From NCBI GenBank assembly GCA_963544395.1, contig CAUUFA010000008.1, positions 12,243 through 76,242 of the forward strand: 64,000 nt of DNA, given 5' to 3'. Below are positions 53,358 through 62,835 of this stretch, in pieces. The position numbers and the translations under genes are program-made. A model generated the notes under the pieces. The model did not search any database, was not told where the DNA came from, and was given only the letters and a program-made list of their open reading frames with translations. Origin of the DNA: an uncultured Bacilli bacterium (GTDB lineage Bacteria; Bacillota_I; Bacilli_A; RFN20; CAG-288). Each line of letters starts with the position of its first letter. The first letter of the stretch is position 1.

Positions 53358-55676
53358 TCAGGCTTCGGTGTTGGTTTTCAGAACAACGGTGTATAGTCTA
53401 CCACCAAAGTCGCTCATAAGTCTAACTTTATCATCATATCCGACACCGGACCACTCCTGACTTAACACCGGTCCGAGGTGAGCAAACGTCTTTCCCGAGG
53501 CAACACCTTGATCGACTTCGCTCTTCATATCGATGTATTTCCCTAAGATAGAAATCAAGGTGCCGTTAGGATTGACATGGAAGGGTGTGGTGTAATTGAT
53601 GAGGTTTCCGAACTTCTGGATCGCGATCGATTCCTGCCTGGTAGTGTAGGTGTAAAGAGCGTCTTCCTGAAGTCCGAAGACCTGAAGATGGCTCTCTTTC
53701 GGATTTGGTTTCTGGATCTTGTTGTAGTGAGCGACGATCGCTGTCTTTCCGTCCGTAGCTTCCATCATCTTCTCGTCGTGATCGAAATAGGTGGTGTCCT
53801 GATAAACAGTTCCAAACTGCAGGATATGGCGATGTTCCTTGTAGTACTGAATCTGAGACTGAATGACTTTGATATCGAGGCTGTTGAGATCACCGAGATC
53901 GAGCTCATAGCCGAGGACACCGAAGCAGGCGGTATCAAACTTGGTATCCAGAGAAGTCAAACGAAGCATCTGGTTGCTGGTCTTGGCAGCGACATGGTTG
54001 GAAGAAACGGAGAGCGGGTACCCAAGCAGCGCTCCTTCCTGAATGAGGGTGCGCTGATAGGAATCGGTATCATCGCTGAGCCATGACTGCGGAAAGAAGG
54101 AGAGCATGCCGAGGTCGAAGCGGTTGCCGCCGGAGGCGCAGTTCTCAAAGAGAACATCCGGGAAAGCCTCAGTCAGCCTTCTTAAGACGCTGTAAAGACC
54201 GGTGATGTACTGATAGAAGAAGATTCCGTTCCGGTTGTCATAATCGGTGATGTTGCGGTTATAGTCCCACTTCAGGTAGGAAATTTCACCTAACTTCAGT
54301 GTATCGGAAACACTTTGGAAGACAAAATCCTGAACCTCTTTGAGTCCAAGGTTCAAAACGAACTGGTTTCTGCCTCGGGAAGGCTGATGGAACAGATCCT
54401 TGATGACCCAATCCGGATGATCGCGATAGACAGGAGTGTCATCGTTGACCATCTCCGGTTCCATCCAGATACCGAACTTCATGCCGAGCTTCTTCGCTTC
54501 TTTGGCTAAGTTCGCAATTCCGCCGGTCTTCTTGGTGTTCTCTCTCCAATCTCCTAACCCGTGCTTGTCATCGTTTCTCGTCGAGAACCAGGCATCATCC
54601 AAAACGAAGAGCTCCGTTCCTAGCTTTGCCGCTTTCTTCATCAGGGAGCGCAGCTTCGTGGCATTGAAGCTGAAGCCTGTCGCTTCCCAGTTGTTGTAGG
54701 CGATGGGTCGGTCTTTTCCCCGGAAAGGAAGCAAAATGACGTGCTCGTTGACAAAGCGATGCATATCGGATGACATGCCGTTGATGCCCTCGAAGGAGAA
54801 ATTCATCACGGCAAAGGGTGTCTCAAAGTTCTCGTGAGTCTGAAGCTTCATTGCAAAACCGGTAGAGGAGATGCCGAGCTGAACCCTTACATCCTGGAAG
54901 GAATCCATCTCAATGCTGTGCTCGAAATTCGAGGAATACATCAGGTTGAAGCCGTAGACTTCGCCTTGTGTATATGAGGCATCTTTATTCTTCAGAAGGA
55001 AAAACGGATTGTGTCGGTTCGATGATGAACCACAGAGGGATTCAATTACTGTTCTGCCGAAGGTCAGCGGTTTCTTGTCGATATTTAGCTCTCCGGTCCA
55101 GTTGCCGTAGGTAGACCAGACTTCCATTTCGTGATTGACCAAAGGCAGCTGAAGCGAAGCCGCTTTGCGGATTGTGACTTCCTCTTCGCTCTCATTGATG
55201 ATCTTCGTATAGCAGGCGATGACATCGCTATCGTCAAACAGCTGATAGTGTAGTTCAAGCCGGATCTGCATCGCTTTTTCAAGAAGGGTGATGACAAGCT
55301 CTTCCTGTGCGCCGTGCGGAGAAGGAAGTTTCTCTAAGATAGTCGGAGAGAAGGCAACTGCACTCTCAAAAAGGAAATCAAAGAGCGTGCCTTTCGAGCT
55401 TTCCAGAATCAGCGAAGGCATGAAGTAGTCTCCTTTTCCTAAGGTGGAGGAAATGAGTTTCATATGATCGAGGCAAAGGGCAGGATTCTCATCCTTGTAC
55501 GTGATGGAATCTCCTTGGTTATACGGGTATTTTCGAATCAAAGCCGGCGCTTCATCAAGCGAGAGAAGCCGTGATCCGTAGTAGTCTGCCGTGACTTTCC
55601 CGATCTCGTTGACATGGAGCAGCAGAGATGTCTTCAACGTGGAGAGCAGGATGTTGTTGCCTTGGATTTCAATCAT
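53358..55676 (-). CDS. alpha-galactosidase (GH36)
   Basis: 772 aa. YLKWDYNRN, CASGGNRFDLGML and SDDTD, typical of GH36 AgaA/MelA-type enzymes. GGAGG SD. Confidence 0.88.
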   Translation of the reverse strand: MIEIQGNNILLSTLKTSLLLHVNEIGKVTADYYGSRLLSLDEAPALIRKYPYNQGDSITYKDENPALCLDHMKLISSTLGKGDYFMPSLILESSKGTLFDFLFESAVAFSPTILEKLPSPHGAQEELVITLLEKAMQIRLELHYQLFDDSDVIACYTKIINESEEEVTIRKAASLQLPLVNHEMEVWSTYGNWTGELNIDKKPLTFGRTVIESLCGSSSNRHNPFFLLKNKDASYTQGEVYGFNLMYSSNFEHSIEMDSFQDVRVQLGISSTGFAMKLQTHENFETPFAVMNFSFEGINGMSSDMHRFVNEHVILLPFRGKDRPIAYNNWEATGFSFNATKLRSLMKKAAKLGTELFVLDDAWFSTRNDDKHGLGDWRENTKKTGGIANLAKEAKKLGMKFGIWMEPEMVNDDTPVYRDHPDWVIKDLFHQPSRGRNQFVLNLGLKEVQDFVFQSVSDTLKLGEISYLKWDYNRNITDYDNRNGIFFYQYITGLYSVLRRLTEAFPDVLFENCASGGNRFDLGMLSFFPQSWLSDDTDSYQRTLIQEGALLGYPLSVSSNHVAAKTSNQMLRLTSLDTKFDTACFGVLGYELDLGDLNSLDIKVIQSQIQYYKEHRHILQFGTVYQDTTYFDHDEKMMEATDGKTAIVAHYNKIQKPNPKESHLQVFGLQEDALYTYTTRQESIAIQKFGNLINYTTPFHVNPNGTLISILGKYIDMKSEVDQGVASGKTFAHLGPVLSQEWSGVGYDDKVRLMSDFGGRLYTVVLKTNTEA

Positions 55677-55713
55677 AGTAAACCTCCTATGGTTTTATGC
55701 TTAGGAACGGAAG

Positions 55714-55740
55714 AAAGTCCCATGTCAGACACGGGACTTT
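55714..55740 (-). terminator. hairpin after the GPH transporter gene (weak U-tract)
   Basis: AAAGTCCC / GGGACTTT stem. On the minus strand only CTTCCGTT follows. Confidence 0.45.
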
Positions 55741-55761
55741 TCTTTGATGTTCGCAAGAGTA

Positions 55762-57489
55762 TTATTTTCCGGATGATGCCGTGTCAGTGACATCGACACC
55801 TTCTTTGGCCTCAGGAATCTTATCCGGTGAGACACCGGAAGCGACAAGCGTGGCGTCTTCCTGATGCTTATTGGCAAGATCGGCGACGATCTTCTCTTCA
55901 AACGAATCATCGATTTTGAAGCCGAATCTTAACAGAAGATAGGTGGCACCGAAGCAGAGGAGAATGACGGTGACGATGATGATGCCGAATGTCGCAAGCT
56001 GTGAAGGCTGAATCTGGCTCTGGGCGGCAGAGATTGCCGCATCGCGGGTGGCTTCGGCGCTAGCGATCTTGGCGTTGAGCTGAGCGTTGTACTTACCTTC
56101 CGCTTCAGAGACAGCGTTGATGAAAGAGGTTGTTCCTGTCGCCGCATAGACGATGAACTGCAATCCGCGGTTGAGGCCGGAAGCGAGCTTGACATCCAAC
56201 GGTCTCCAGGCGAAGGCGATGGATTCCTTTCTCTCACCGTACTTCCACTCCTGATAGTCGATGGCGTTCTGGAAAAGGACGAGAACAGCGAGGTAGAAGA
56301 CACCGGCCGCACCGAAGAAGAAGAAAGCGAAGACATAGTACATCCACATGGTTCCGCCAGCGATCCAGAGCGGATTGATGGTGCCGTCTGGATTCTTCAG
56401 AATCTCATTGTAGGCGATCGGCTTATCCCCGAACAGCGGGAAGGCGATGAAGAGGAAGGCGAGGTATCCGATGAAAATGATGATGCCCATCATCGTCAGA
56501 ATCTGACGGTTGGTGAACTTTCTGCGAAGAACAGGATAGAAGAGCTGTGCGATGATGGTGGAGAGAATGTACACGGCTAAGATGGCTGTTGTGACAAGAC
56601 CGCCACGGCTTCCGCCATAGCCATAAAGCATATAGAAGTAGTTCTGACCGATGCCGGTAAGGATGAATTCACCAAGCTGGAAGAGCAGTAAAGCGATGAC
56701 GACAACTAAGAGCTGCTTGTTCTTTCCGACGATGCGGAAGAGATCAAGGATGGAGGACTTCTCAGAAACTTCCTCCTGCTTCGGATCACTCTTCTTCTCC
56801 TTGCAAAGGAAGAAGATGGCAAGCTGGGAAGCTAAGAAGAGCAACGCAACAATGGTGGCGGCACCAGCGTAGATCTGAGCTGTTGAGAAGTGAATCAATC
56901 CCGGAAGGACGTACATACCTAGTGTCATCGTGGCCGTTCCGATGGAGGCGGCAACTGCGACATTCGTCGTCAGTCTTCCGCGGGTCTTGGCATCGTTGGA
57001 AAGGGAAGGAAGCATCGACCAATAGCCGATGTCGTTCATTGTAAAGGCCAAATCCCAAAGGATGTACATGATGATCATGAAAGAGACATAGCCCCAGCCC
57101 GACTGTCCGACCATTGAAAGAGGCAATAGGAACATCAGGGCGACGATGATGGCGTTTCCGATCGCACCCAAAGCGATCCATGGGCGGAATTTTCCGGTCT
57201 TGAAGTGGACTTTCTCAATGATGAAGCCCATGATCGGATCGTTGATGCCATCCCAAAGCAGGCAGATCATCATCGCGATGGTGATGATGCCAAATTGCCG
57301 GCTGAAGACTTCCTGATTGCTTGAGAGCACACCTGCGGTGACAGCATACTGCATCAGGAAGGTTCCGATCAGCGTGTAGCACGCATCGCGGAAGATGCCG
57401 GACCACGGATAGATGATCCTCGTCAGCTTCGGTACGTTGTCACCTTCAAAAGTTCCGTTTTTGGCAATCGCATCCAGTTTTCTGCCCAT
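55762..57489 (-). CDS. glycoside-pentoside-hexuronide (GPH):cation symporter
   Basis: 12-TM MFS/GPH profile with DYQEWKYGERKESIAF. Start at ATG 57489 (GGGAGG upstream). The 58 extra codons of the track ORF are non-coding. A ~45-aa amphipathic insertion precedes the last TM, and there is an acidic tail. Confidence 0.88.
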   Translation of the reverse strand: MGRKLDAIAKNGTFEGDNVPKLTRIIYPWSGIFRDACYTLIGTFLMQYAVTAGVLSSNQEVFSRQFGIITIAMMICLLWDGINDPIMGFIIEKVHFKTGKFRPWIALGAIGNAIIVALMFLLPLSMVGQSGWGYVSFMIIMYILWDLAFTMNDIGYWSMLPSLSNDAKTRGRLTTNVAVAASIGTATMTLGMYVLPGLIHFSTAQIYAGAATIVALLFLASQLAIFFLCKEKKSDPKQEEVSEKSSILDLFRIVGKNKQLLVVVIALLLFQLGEFILTGIGQNYFYMLYGYGGSRGGLVTTAILAVYILSTIIAQLFYPVLRRKFTNRQILTMMGIIIFIGYLAFLFIAFPLFGDKPIAYNEILKNPDGTINPLWIAGGTMWMYYVFAFFFFGAAGVFYLAVLVLFQNAIDYQEWKYGERKESIAFAWRPLDVKLASGLNRGLQFIVYAATGTTSFINAVSEAEGKYNAQLNAKIASAEATRDAAISAAQSQIQPSQLATFGIIIVTVILLCFGATYLLLRFGFKIDDSFEEKIVADLANKHQEDATLVASGVSPDKIPEAKEGVDVTDTASSGK

Positions 57490-57662
57490 AACGAACCTCC
57501 CTTTTTGGAAACTTATCATTAAGTTTTCAGTTTCCATAATTGTAAGGGGTTTCCTGATAAAAATCAAGAACTCTTTTCGCTTCTGAGATTTCTCGTTTGA
57601 TCTTCTGTACACATCCTCGGTATTTATCTCTTTCTTTCTGAGACCTTTCAGGTCTCTCGTCA

Positions 57663-57671
57663 TGTTATAAT
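57663..57671 (+). promoter_or_regulatory. extended -10 (TGtTATAAT) 6 nt upstream of the mnmE ATG (no SD)
   Basis: TGTTATAAT at 57663..57671, then TTTTTT, then ATG at 57678. Confidence 0.55.
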
Positions 57672-57677
57672 TTTTTT

Positions 57678-59030
57678 ATGCTCGTATTCGATACTATCTG
57701 TGCGCTCAGCACACCGCCTTATCAGGGCGCTCTAGCAATCGTCAGACTCTCCGGGCCAAAATCCCTGGAGATTCTTTCTCATCTGACGAAGCGGAAGCTT
57801 TCGGACTTCGCTCCCAATCAGGCTGTCTTCACCCATCTCTATGCGGATAAGGACAACCCTTCGGAGATGATCGACGAAGCAGTGGTCACCATCTACAAAG
57901 CTCCGAAATCCTACACCGGTTTCGACAGCGTCGATTTCTCCCTGCATGGAAGCATGATCATCGTCGAGGAGCTTTTAGATGCCTTAGTTCACTATGGAGC
58001 TAGACGAGCGGAGCGAGGTGAATTCTCCGCACAGGCTTTCTTCAACGGCAAAATGGATTTATTGAAGGCGGAGGGAATCAACGATCTGATCCGGGCTTCT
58101 TCCAAGCGGGCCAAAGTCATTGCGACACAAACGTTGAGCGGAAAAAATTCCAGTCTGATGCAAGACCTGAAGAATCAGTTCCTGGACGATCTTTCTCAAA
58201 TGGAATACTATGTGGAAAACGCCTATGAGGATGCCGATAGCTATGTAGAGGAGCTTGATAAGATCGGTTCTCTTCTTCATCAGAACGTCATTCAGCTAAA
58301 TCAGATCATCGAAAGCACCAAGAGAGCCAACCGGGAATATCAGGGTTTCAGCATTGCGATTGCAGGCGAACCAAACGTCGGTAAATCGACTTTGCTCAAT
58401 ACGCTCTTAGGAGAGGACAGAGCGATCGTCTCTCCCATTCCGGGAACGACAAGAGATGTCGTAGAGGGCGAAAAGGAAATCGAGGGTCTGCTCTTCCGTT
58501 TCAAAGATACGGCGGGACTAAGGAAGACAGAGGATTATGTCGAAAATCTCGGCATCGAACGTTCCTATAAGACCATCCGTTCCTCCGATTTGGTCATCCT
58601 TTCCTCAGACTGCGGATTCGATGAGATCGATCAGAATCAGGAGCTGATGGATATCCTGAAGAATAAGCCGGTCATCCGACTTGCCACCAAGAAGGACATC
58701 AATGCAAATCTTAAGGGAGCAGATCTTGCTATCTGCTCTGTCAAAGATGATTTGACACCTCTCATTCAGCTCATCCTGGATAAGCTGAATCTCAACCGGA
58801 AAGAGGAGTCTAGCTTTTTAGGAAAGCGTGAAGAAGAGTATCTGATCCGACTTCGGGATCAAGTAGTCAAGACGAAACAGGCGATTTCTGACACACATCA
58901 GATCGATATTGTCTCCGACAGCCTCCGTGTTGCGGTCGCTTTGATCAACGAGCTGATGGGAAACAACGAAAGTCAGACGATGGAAGACATCTATCAGACG
59001 TTGTTCTCAAAATTCTGTCTTGGGAAATAG
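57678..59030 (+). CDS. mnmE: tRNA modification GTPase MnmE
   Basis: G1 GEPNVGKSTLLN, G3 DTAGLR, G4 TKKD and the C-terminal CLGK motif. Confidence 0.94.
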   Translation: MLVFDTICALSTPPYQGALAIVRLSGPKSLEILSHLTKRKLSDFAPNQAVFTHLYADKDNPSEMIDEAVVTIYKAPKSYTGFDSVDFSLHGSMIIVEELLDALVHYGARRAERGEFSAQAFFNGKMDLLKAEGINDLIRASSKRAKVIATQTLSGKNSSLMQDLKNQFLDDLSQMEYYVENAYEDADSYVEELDKIGSLLHQNVIQLNQIIESTKRANREYQGFSIAIAGEPNVGKSTLLNTLLGEDRAIVSPIPGTTRDVVEGEKEIEGLLFRFKDTAGLRKTEDYVENLGIERSYKTIRSSDLVILSSDCGFDEIDQNQELMDILKNKPVIRLATKKDINANLKGADLAICSVKDDLTPLIQLILDKLNLNRKEESSFLGKREEEYLIRLRDQVVKTKQAISDTHQIDIVSDSLRVAVALINELMGNNESQTMEDIYQTLFSKFCLGK

Positions 59031-59033
59031 TCA

Positions 59034-59816
59034 ATGAAAATCATAGATACTCATTGTCATCTCAATGATGACAAGCTTTATTTCCAAATAGAAGATGTGA
59101 TTCATAGAGCAAAGGAGAATTATGTCGTTGCTGCCTTCAACAACGCAGACTCTCTTTCCTCATTTTCCCGCATTCTGGACTTGCAGGAAAGGTTTCCGGA
59201 TTTCTGTCATTCTGTATTGGGCATCCATCCGGAGTTTGCCTCTGAATCAGAGGAAACCTTTCGTCAGGCGTATGAACAGATCCGGAATAACCATGATCGT
59301 ATTTCCGCTGTCGGTGAGATTGGACTCGACTATCACTACTCCAAAGAGATAGCTGTCATCCAAGCCCAGAAGAAACGGTTCATCGAGCAGATCCGTTTGG
59401 CCAAGGAGCTCTCTCTTCCGATTGTCATCCACAGCAGGGATGCGGATTTTGATACGCTGAACATCATCAAGGAGGAGCTTCCGCCTAAACTTGATCTGCA
59501 CTGCTTCTCCGGAAGCTATGAGATCCTGAAGGAATATCTGAAGCTGCCCGTTGAGGTTCATATCGGCATCGGAGGAGTATGTACGTTCAAAAACGCCAGG
59601 GTGATACGTGAGGTCATCAGCAAAACGGATCTCAGCCTCTTTTTGACAGAGACGGATAGCCCTTATCTCGCACCGGTTCCACATCGGGGCGAGAATAACG
59701 AGCCAGGTTATCTGCCTCTTATCGTTCGAGAGATTGCAGCTGAGAAGAACAGAGACGAAGGAGAGGTAGCCGCAAAGCTATATGAGAATGGAAAAAAATT
59801 CTATGGAACGGAATGA
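59034..59816 (+). CDS. tatD: TatD-family metal-dependent DNase/hydrolase
   Basis: IDTHCHL, GEIGLDY, IHSRDA and ETDSPYL. Confidence 0.9.
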   Translation: MKIIDTHCHLNDDKLYFQIEDVIHRAKENYVVAAFNNADSLSSFSRILDLQERFPDFCHSVLGIHPEFASESEETFRQAYEQIRNNHDRISAVGEIGLDYHYSKEIAVIQAQKKRFIEQIRLAKELSLPIVIHSRDADFDTLNIIKEELPPKLDLHCFSGSYEILKEYLKLPVEVHIGIGGVCTFKNARVIREVISKTDLSLFLTETDSPYLAPVPHRGENNEPGYLPLIVREIAAEKNRDEGEVAAKLYENGKKFYGTE

Positions 59817-59844
59817 GACAGAGGTAGAAGCCAAAGAGAACGGG

Positions 59845-60387
59845 ATGAATCCTGACCGAAGATACTGCTATGTCTGCGAAGGTCAGCACGATGAGAGCAA
59901 GCTGAAGGCTTTAGGCTGTCTCTTCGTCGTCAAAACCGGCGGAAAATACATCCGGAAAGAAATCCTTTATTTCCTAAAGGAAGTGAGGAAGTACCGTGAG
60001 ATCGTCTTGCTTGCCGATCCTGACGGACCCGGAAGAGAGATTGAGAAAAAAGTCACATCCGCAATCGGCCCATGCCTGATTGTCCATGCGAAGAAAAGCG
60101 AAGCGATTCATCGTGGAAAAGTCGGTATTGAGGAGATGAAAAACGACGATCTCAAAGAGCTGATCCGTCCCTTCATCCGGCACGACCTCTTCACCGATGA
60201 GACGCTCTCTCTCGATGATGAGGATTTCTTTGACCTCGGTCTGGAAGGGAAGGATTCGAAAGTTAAAAGAATGAAGCTCGTGGAAAAGTATCATCTGCCG
60301 ACAACCTCCTCCAAAGCGGTTGAAGACGCGCTGCTGATGCTAGGAAAGACAAAGTCGGGTATCGAAGGAGATTTGGCCGATGAATGA
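59845..60387 (+). CDS. rnmV: ribonuclease M5 (Toprim)
   Basis: CEGQHDESKL and LADPDGPGREI Toprim motifs. Start uncertain: the track ORF begins at 59782, and I prefer ATG 59845. Confidence 0.8.
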   Translation: MNPDRRYCYVCEGQHDESKLKALGCLFVVKTGGKYIRKEILYFLKEVRKYREIVLLADPDGPGREIEKKVTSAIGPCLIVHAKKSEAIHRGKVGIEEMKNDDLKELIRPFIRHDLFTDETLSLDDEDFFDLGLEGKDSKVKRMKLVEKYHLPTTSSKAVEDALLMLGKTKSGIEGDLADE

Positions 60388-61201
60388 AAAACAGAGAATT
60401 GATGCCCTATTAAGGGAATTTGGTCTCTCCGCCAAGAAATCGTTCGGTCAGAACTTTCTGATCAATGAGGGCGTGATCCGAAGAATCGTAGAGGCGATGC
60501 GTCCTCAGGATTATGAACATGTCATCGAGATCGGACCGGGATTAGCTTCATTGACGCTTCCTCTCTCTGAAAAAGCAAAGGATCTGATCGCCGTCGATGC
60601 CGACCGCGATATGGTGAAGATCCTCTCTGCCCTTTTTGCAAACAAAAAGAATGTCCGCATCGTACAGTCTGACTTCCTCCGTTTCAACCCCAACGCCTGC
60701 TCGAAGGCTGACGATCGGATCTTCATCGGAAACCTTCCTTACAACATCACCTCGGAGCTGCTGGAATACCTGCTGCAGAAGGGTTTCCTCGCAGCCGGCT
60801 GCATGGTTCAGAAAGAGGTTGCCGACAAGCTCGCTTATCTTCCCGGAAAAAAAGACAACAATGCGCTAGGTGCTTTTATCAAAGCCACCGGAGAGCTGAC
60901 TCTTGTCACCTCCGTTGACCGATCGTGCTTCTCTCCCGCCCCCAATGTCGATTCCGCCTTCATCCGAATCGACAGGAAAAAGAGAGTTTCTTTCACGCTT
61001 TATCCCGTCTTCCGTGCTCTCTTCAAAGACCCGAACAAAACGATCGCTAACTGCCTGAGGCAGTTCTCTTACTATCAGGGCGGCATGCTCTACCTGAAAG
61101 AGCAGGACCCAGAGACGCTCTCGCTACGAGCCAGGCAGATGGAAGCTGATGATCTTGTCGTATTAGCGAAAAAGATTTTGAAATATTCAAAGCAGAAATA
61201 G
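60380..61201 (+). CDS. rsmA: 16S rRNA (adenine1518/1519-N6)-dimethyltransferase
   Basis: KSFGQNFL, VIEIGPGLASLT and GNLPYNITS. Confidence 0.93.
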   Translation: MNEKQRIDALLREFGLSAKKSFGQNFLINEGVIRRIVEAMRPQDYEHVIEIGPGLASLTLPLSEKAKDLIAVDADRDMVKILSALFANKKNVRIVQSDFLRFNPNACSKADDRIFIGNLPYNITSELLEYLLQKGFLAAGCMVQKEVADKLAYLPGKKDNNALGAFIKATGELTLVTSVDRSCFSPAPNVDSAFIRIDRKKRVSFTLYPVFRALFKDPNKTIANCLRQFSYYQGGMLYLKEQDPETLSLRARQMEADDLVVLAKKILKYSKQK

Positions 61202-61219
61202 GAATGAAAGCATTCATTT

Positions 61220-62005
61220 CTACTTCTCTGTTTTATTTTCGTCAGTCTGATTTATCGAAACCTGTTTTCCCCGTTTTTCAAATATCAGCTGAAGTATGAA
61301 ATAAAGGATTCCTGCCGCAAACATGAGGATAGACCAGAACTGTGATGGACTTAATCCGGGGATGAACGATCCTCTTTCATCTCCTCGCAGGTACTCGATA
61401 GCAAAGCGCCAGACACTGTAGGAAAGAAGGTAGAGCGGAAACCCGTATCGGAAGTTACGGAAATAAAGCGACAGAAATAAGAGGAGGGACAAAAGGAACA
61501 GGAAGATGGCTTCCCACAGGTTGACGGGAAGGACTTTGGTCTCTGTCGTTGTGAAGCGGATGGCATACCAAGCATCCGAAGGTAATCCGTAACAGCATCC
61601 GTTGAGGAAGCACCCGATCCTACCCCAAGCATGCATGATCGTGATGCCGCTAGGAGCGATCTGAAGCACGGCACCTAGATGCGGTCCGTACTGCTTTTTC
61701 AGCCAGAGGAAATCTAAGAGCAGGAAAGAGAGGACACCGCCGATCAACCCGCCGTAGAAGGTCATATCCCAGCTCCAGGAATAATGGTTCGGATCGGCTA
61801 AATAATCATAAAGGTTCTGGAAGAGGAGACCGGAAAGGATGCCAGAAAGGATGGAGGTCAGACCGAGGATCTCGATGCCGGTGATGAGTCCACGGGGGAG
61901 ACGGACTTTTCTCAGGTAGAGTTCTAAGAAGAGGTAGAGGAACAAAGCACCGATCATCCACATCAGGGGATACGTCGGAATGAGGCCGAAGAGTTTAGGA
62001 TACAT
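61220..62005 (-). CDS. lgt: prolipoprotein diacylglyceryl transferase
   Basis: WGRIGCFLNGCCYG and EYLRGDERG motifs with a multi-TM profile. Confidence 0.9.
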   Translation of the reverse strand: MYPKLFGLIPTYPLMWMIGALFLYLFLELYLRKVRLPRGLITGIEILGLTSILSGILSGLLFQNLYDYLADPNHYSWSWDMTFYGGLIGGVLSFLLLDFLWLKKQYGPHLGAVLQIAPSGITIMHAWGRIGCFLNGCCYGLPSDAWYAIRFTTTETKVLPVNLWEAIFLFLLSLLLFLSLYFRNFRYGFPLYLLSYSVWRFAIEYLRGDERGSFIPGLSPSQFWSILMFAAGILYFILQLIFEKRGKQVSINQTDENKTEK

Positions 62006-62753
62006 CGTTTTTCTCCTTTTTTCGGATACGGATAAGATAAAGAATCAGTAGATAGAGCAAGAAGATAATGCCTAATAAAGAGGATAACACAACATACTGC
62101 CAAGTCATGGCGTCCAGTGTATAGAGGGAAGAGAAAAGAAGGCTGTTGAGGAAATTAAAGGAAGCGTGCGCAAGGAAAGGAAGGGAGGTGCGATTGCTGT
62201 ACAAAGCGATGAAGGATAGAACGACACCAAGGAAAAAGGTATAGCCTAATTGTATCAGGACACCGTCCCAGGTGTTGCCAAGCAGGTTGATCAGATGCAT
62301 CAAGGAAAAACAGAAAGCACATAAGAATAAAGAAAGGATCTTGCCTTGCTTTCTTTTTTCAAGCCAAACAAGCAGAGCTTCCTGAAGAAGGAAGCGGAAA
62401 AGGGTCTCCTCAAGCAGCACAGAGACGACAAGCTCTACCGCAGAGGTGAGAAAGATCGGCCAATCGATCGAAGGGTCAATGTTCAGCATCATTCCTCCAT
62501 AGAGGAGATTGGATGAGCAGACGATCCAAAAGGGCAGAAAAAAGAGAGGGTGAATCCTTTTTTCGCTTGAATAGGGACGGTATTTTCTTGCTTCATAGAT
62601 GGCTAGTGCTGACAGAAGAAAAAGAAGAAGGCTTCGGATTAAAGCGGAAGCCCACGACAAAGGAAACCAGTCCGAAAGCGGAAGGAGTTTCACCGAAAGA
62701 TAGAGGCAGAGGAGATAAAGGAAGGAAAGAATCAGGTTTCGTGTGTTCTTCAC
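61995..62753 (-). CDS. CPBP-family intramembrane glutamic endopeptidase (Abi/CAAX-like)
   Basis: EETLFRFLLQ (EExxxR), FSLMH (FxxxH) and a distal H...N motif. GTG start at 62753, with no alternative Met for ~85 codons. Confidence 0.8.
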   Translation of the reverse strand: MKNTRNLILSFLYLLCLYLSVKLLPLSDWFPLSWASALIRSLLLFLLSALAIYEARKYRPYSSEKRIHPLFFLPFWIVCSSNLLYGGMMLNIDPSIDWPIFLTSAVELVVSVLLEETLFRFLLQEALLVWLEKRKQGKILSLFLCAFCFSLMHLINLLGNTWDGVLIQLGYTFFLGVVLSFIALYSNRTSLPFLAHASFNFLNSLLFSSLYTLDAMTWQYVVLSSLLGIIFLLYLLILYLIRIRKKEKNDVS

Positions 62754-62760
62754 CGCGTAG

Positions 62761-62766
62761 ATTATA
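62761..62766 (-). promoter_or_regulatory. -10 box (TATAAT) 7 nt upstream of the CPBP GTG start (no SD)
   Basis: Minus strand reads TATAAT-ctacgcg-GTG, directly after the prs terminator. Confidence 0.45.
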
Positions 62767-62775
62767 AAGCAGAAA

Positions 62776-62823
62776 AGAAAAAAGCCTGGAGAGCTTTTGG
62801 GTAAAAAGTTCGCTCCGGGCTTT
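62776..62823 (-). terminator. terminator after prs
   Basis: Imperfect ~11-bp stem (GCCCGGAGCG... / ...GCTCTCCAGGC). On the minus strand it is followed by TTTTTTC. Confidence 0.7.
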
Positions 62824-62835
62824 ATTTTGATGCGC

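Noticed and set aside
57490-57663. The 58-codon N-terminal extension of the GPH transporter in the ORF track. Similar track extensions occur for the BMP lipoprotein (27840..27896), the ABC ATPase (9649..9687), jag (52015..52068), prs (63814..63825) and the CBS protein (28581..28658).
   Set aside because: In each case an internal ATG has a strong GGAGG-type SD at correct spacing, and the conserved domain or signal peptide begins there. The upstream codons have no SD and in several cases start at TTG inside the SD itself.
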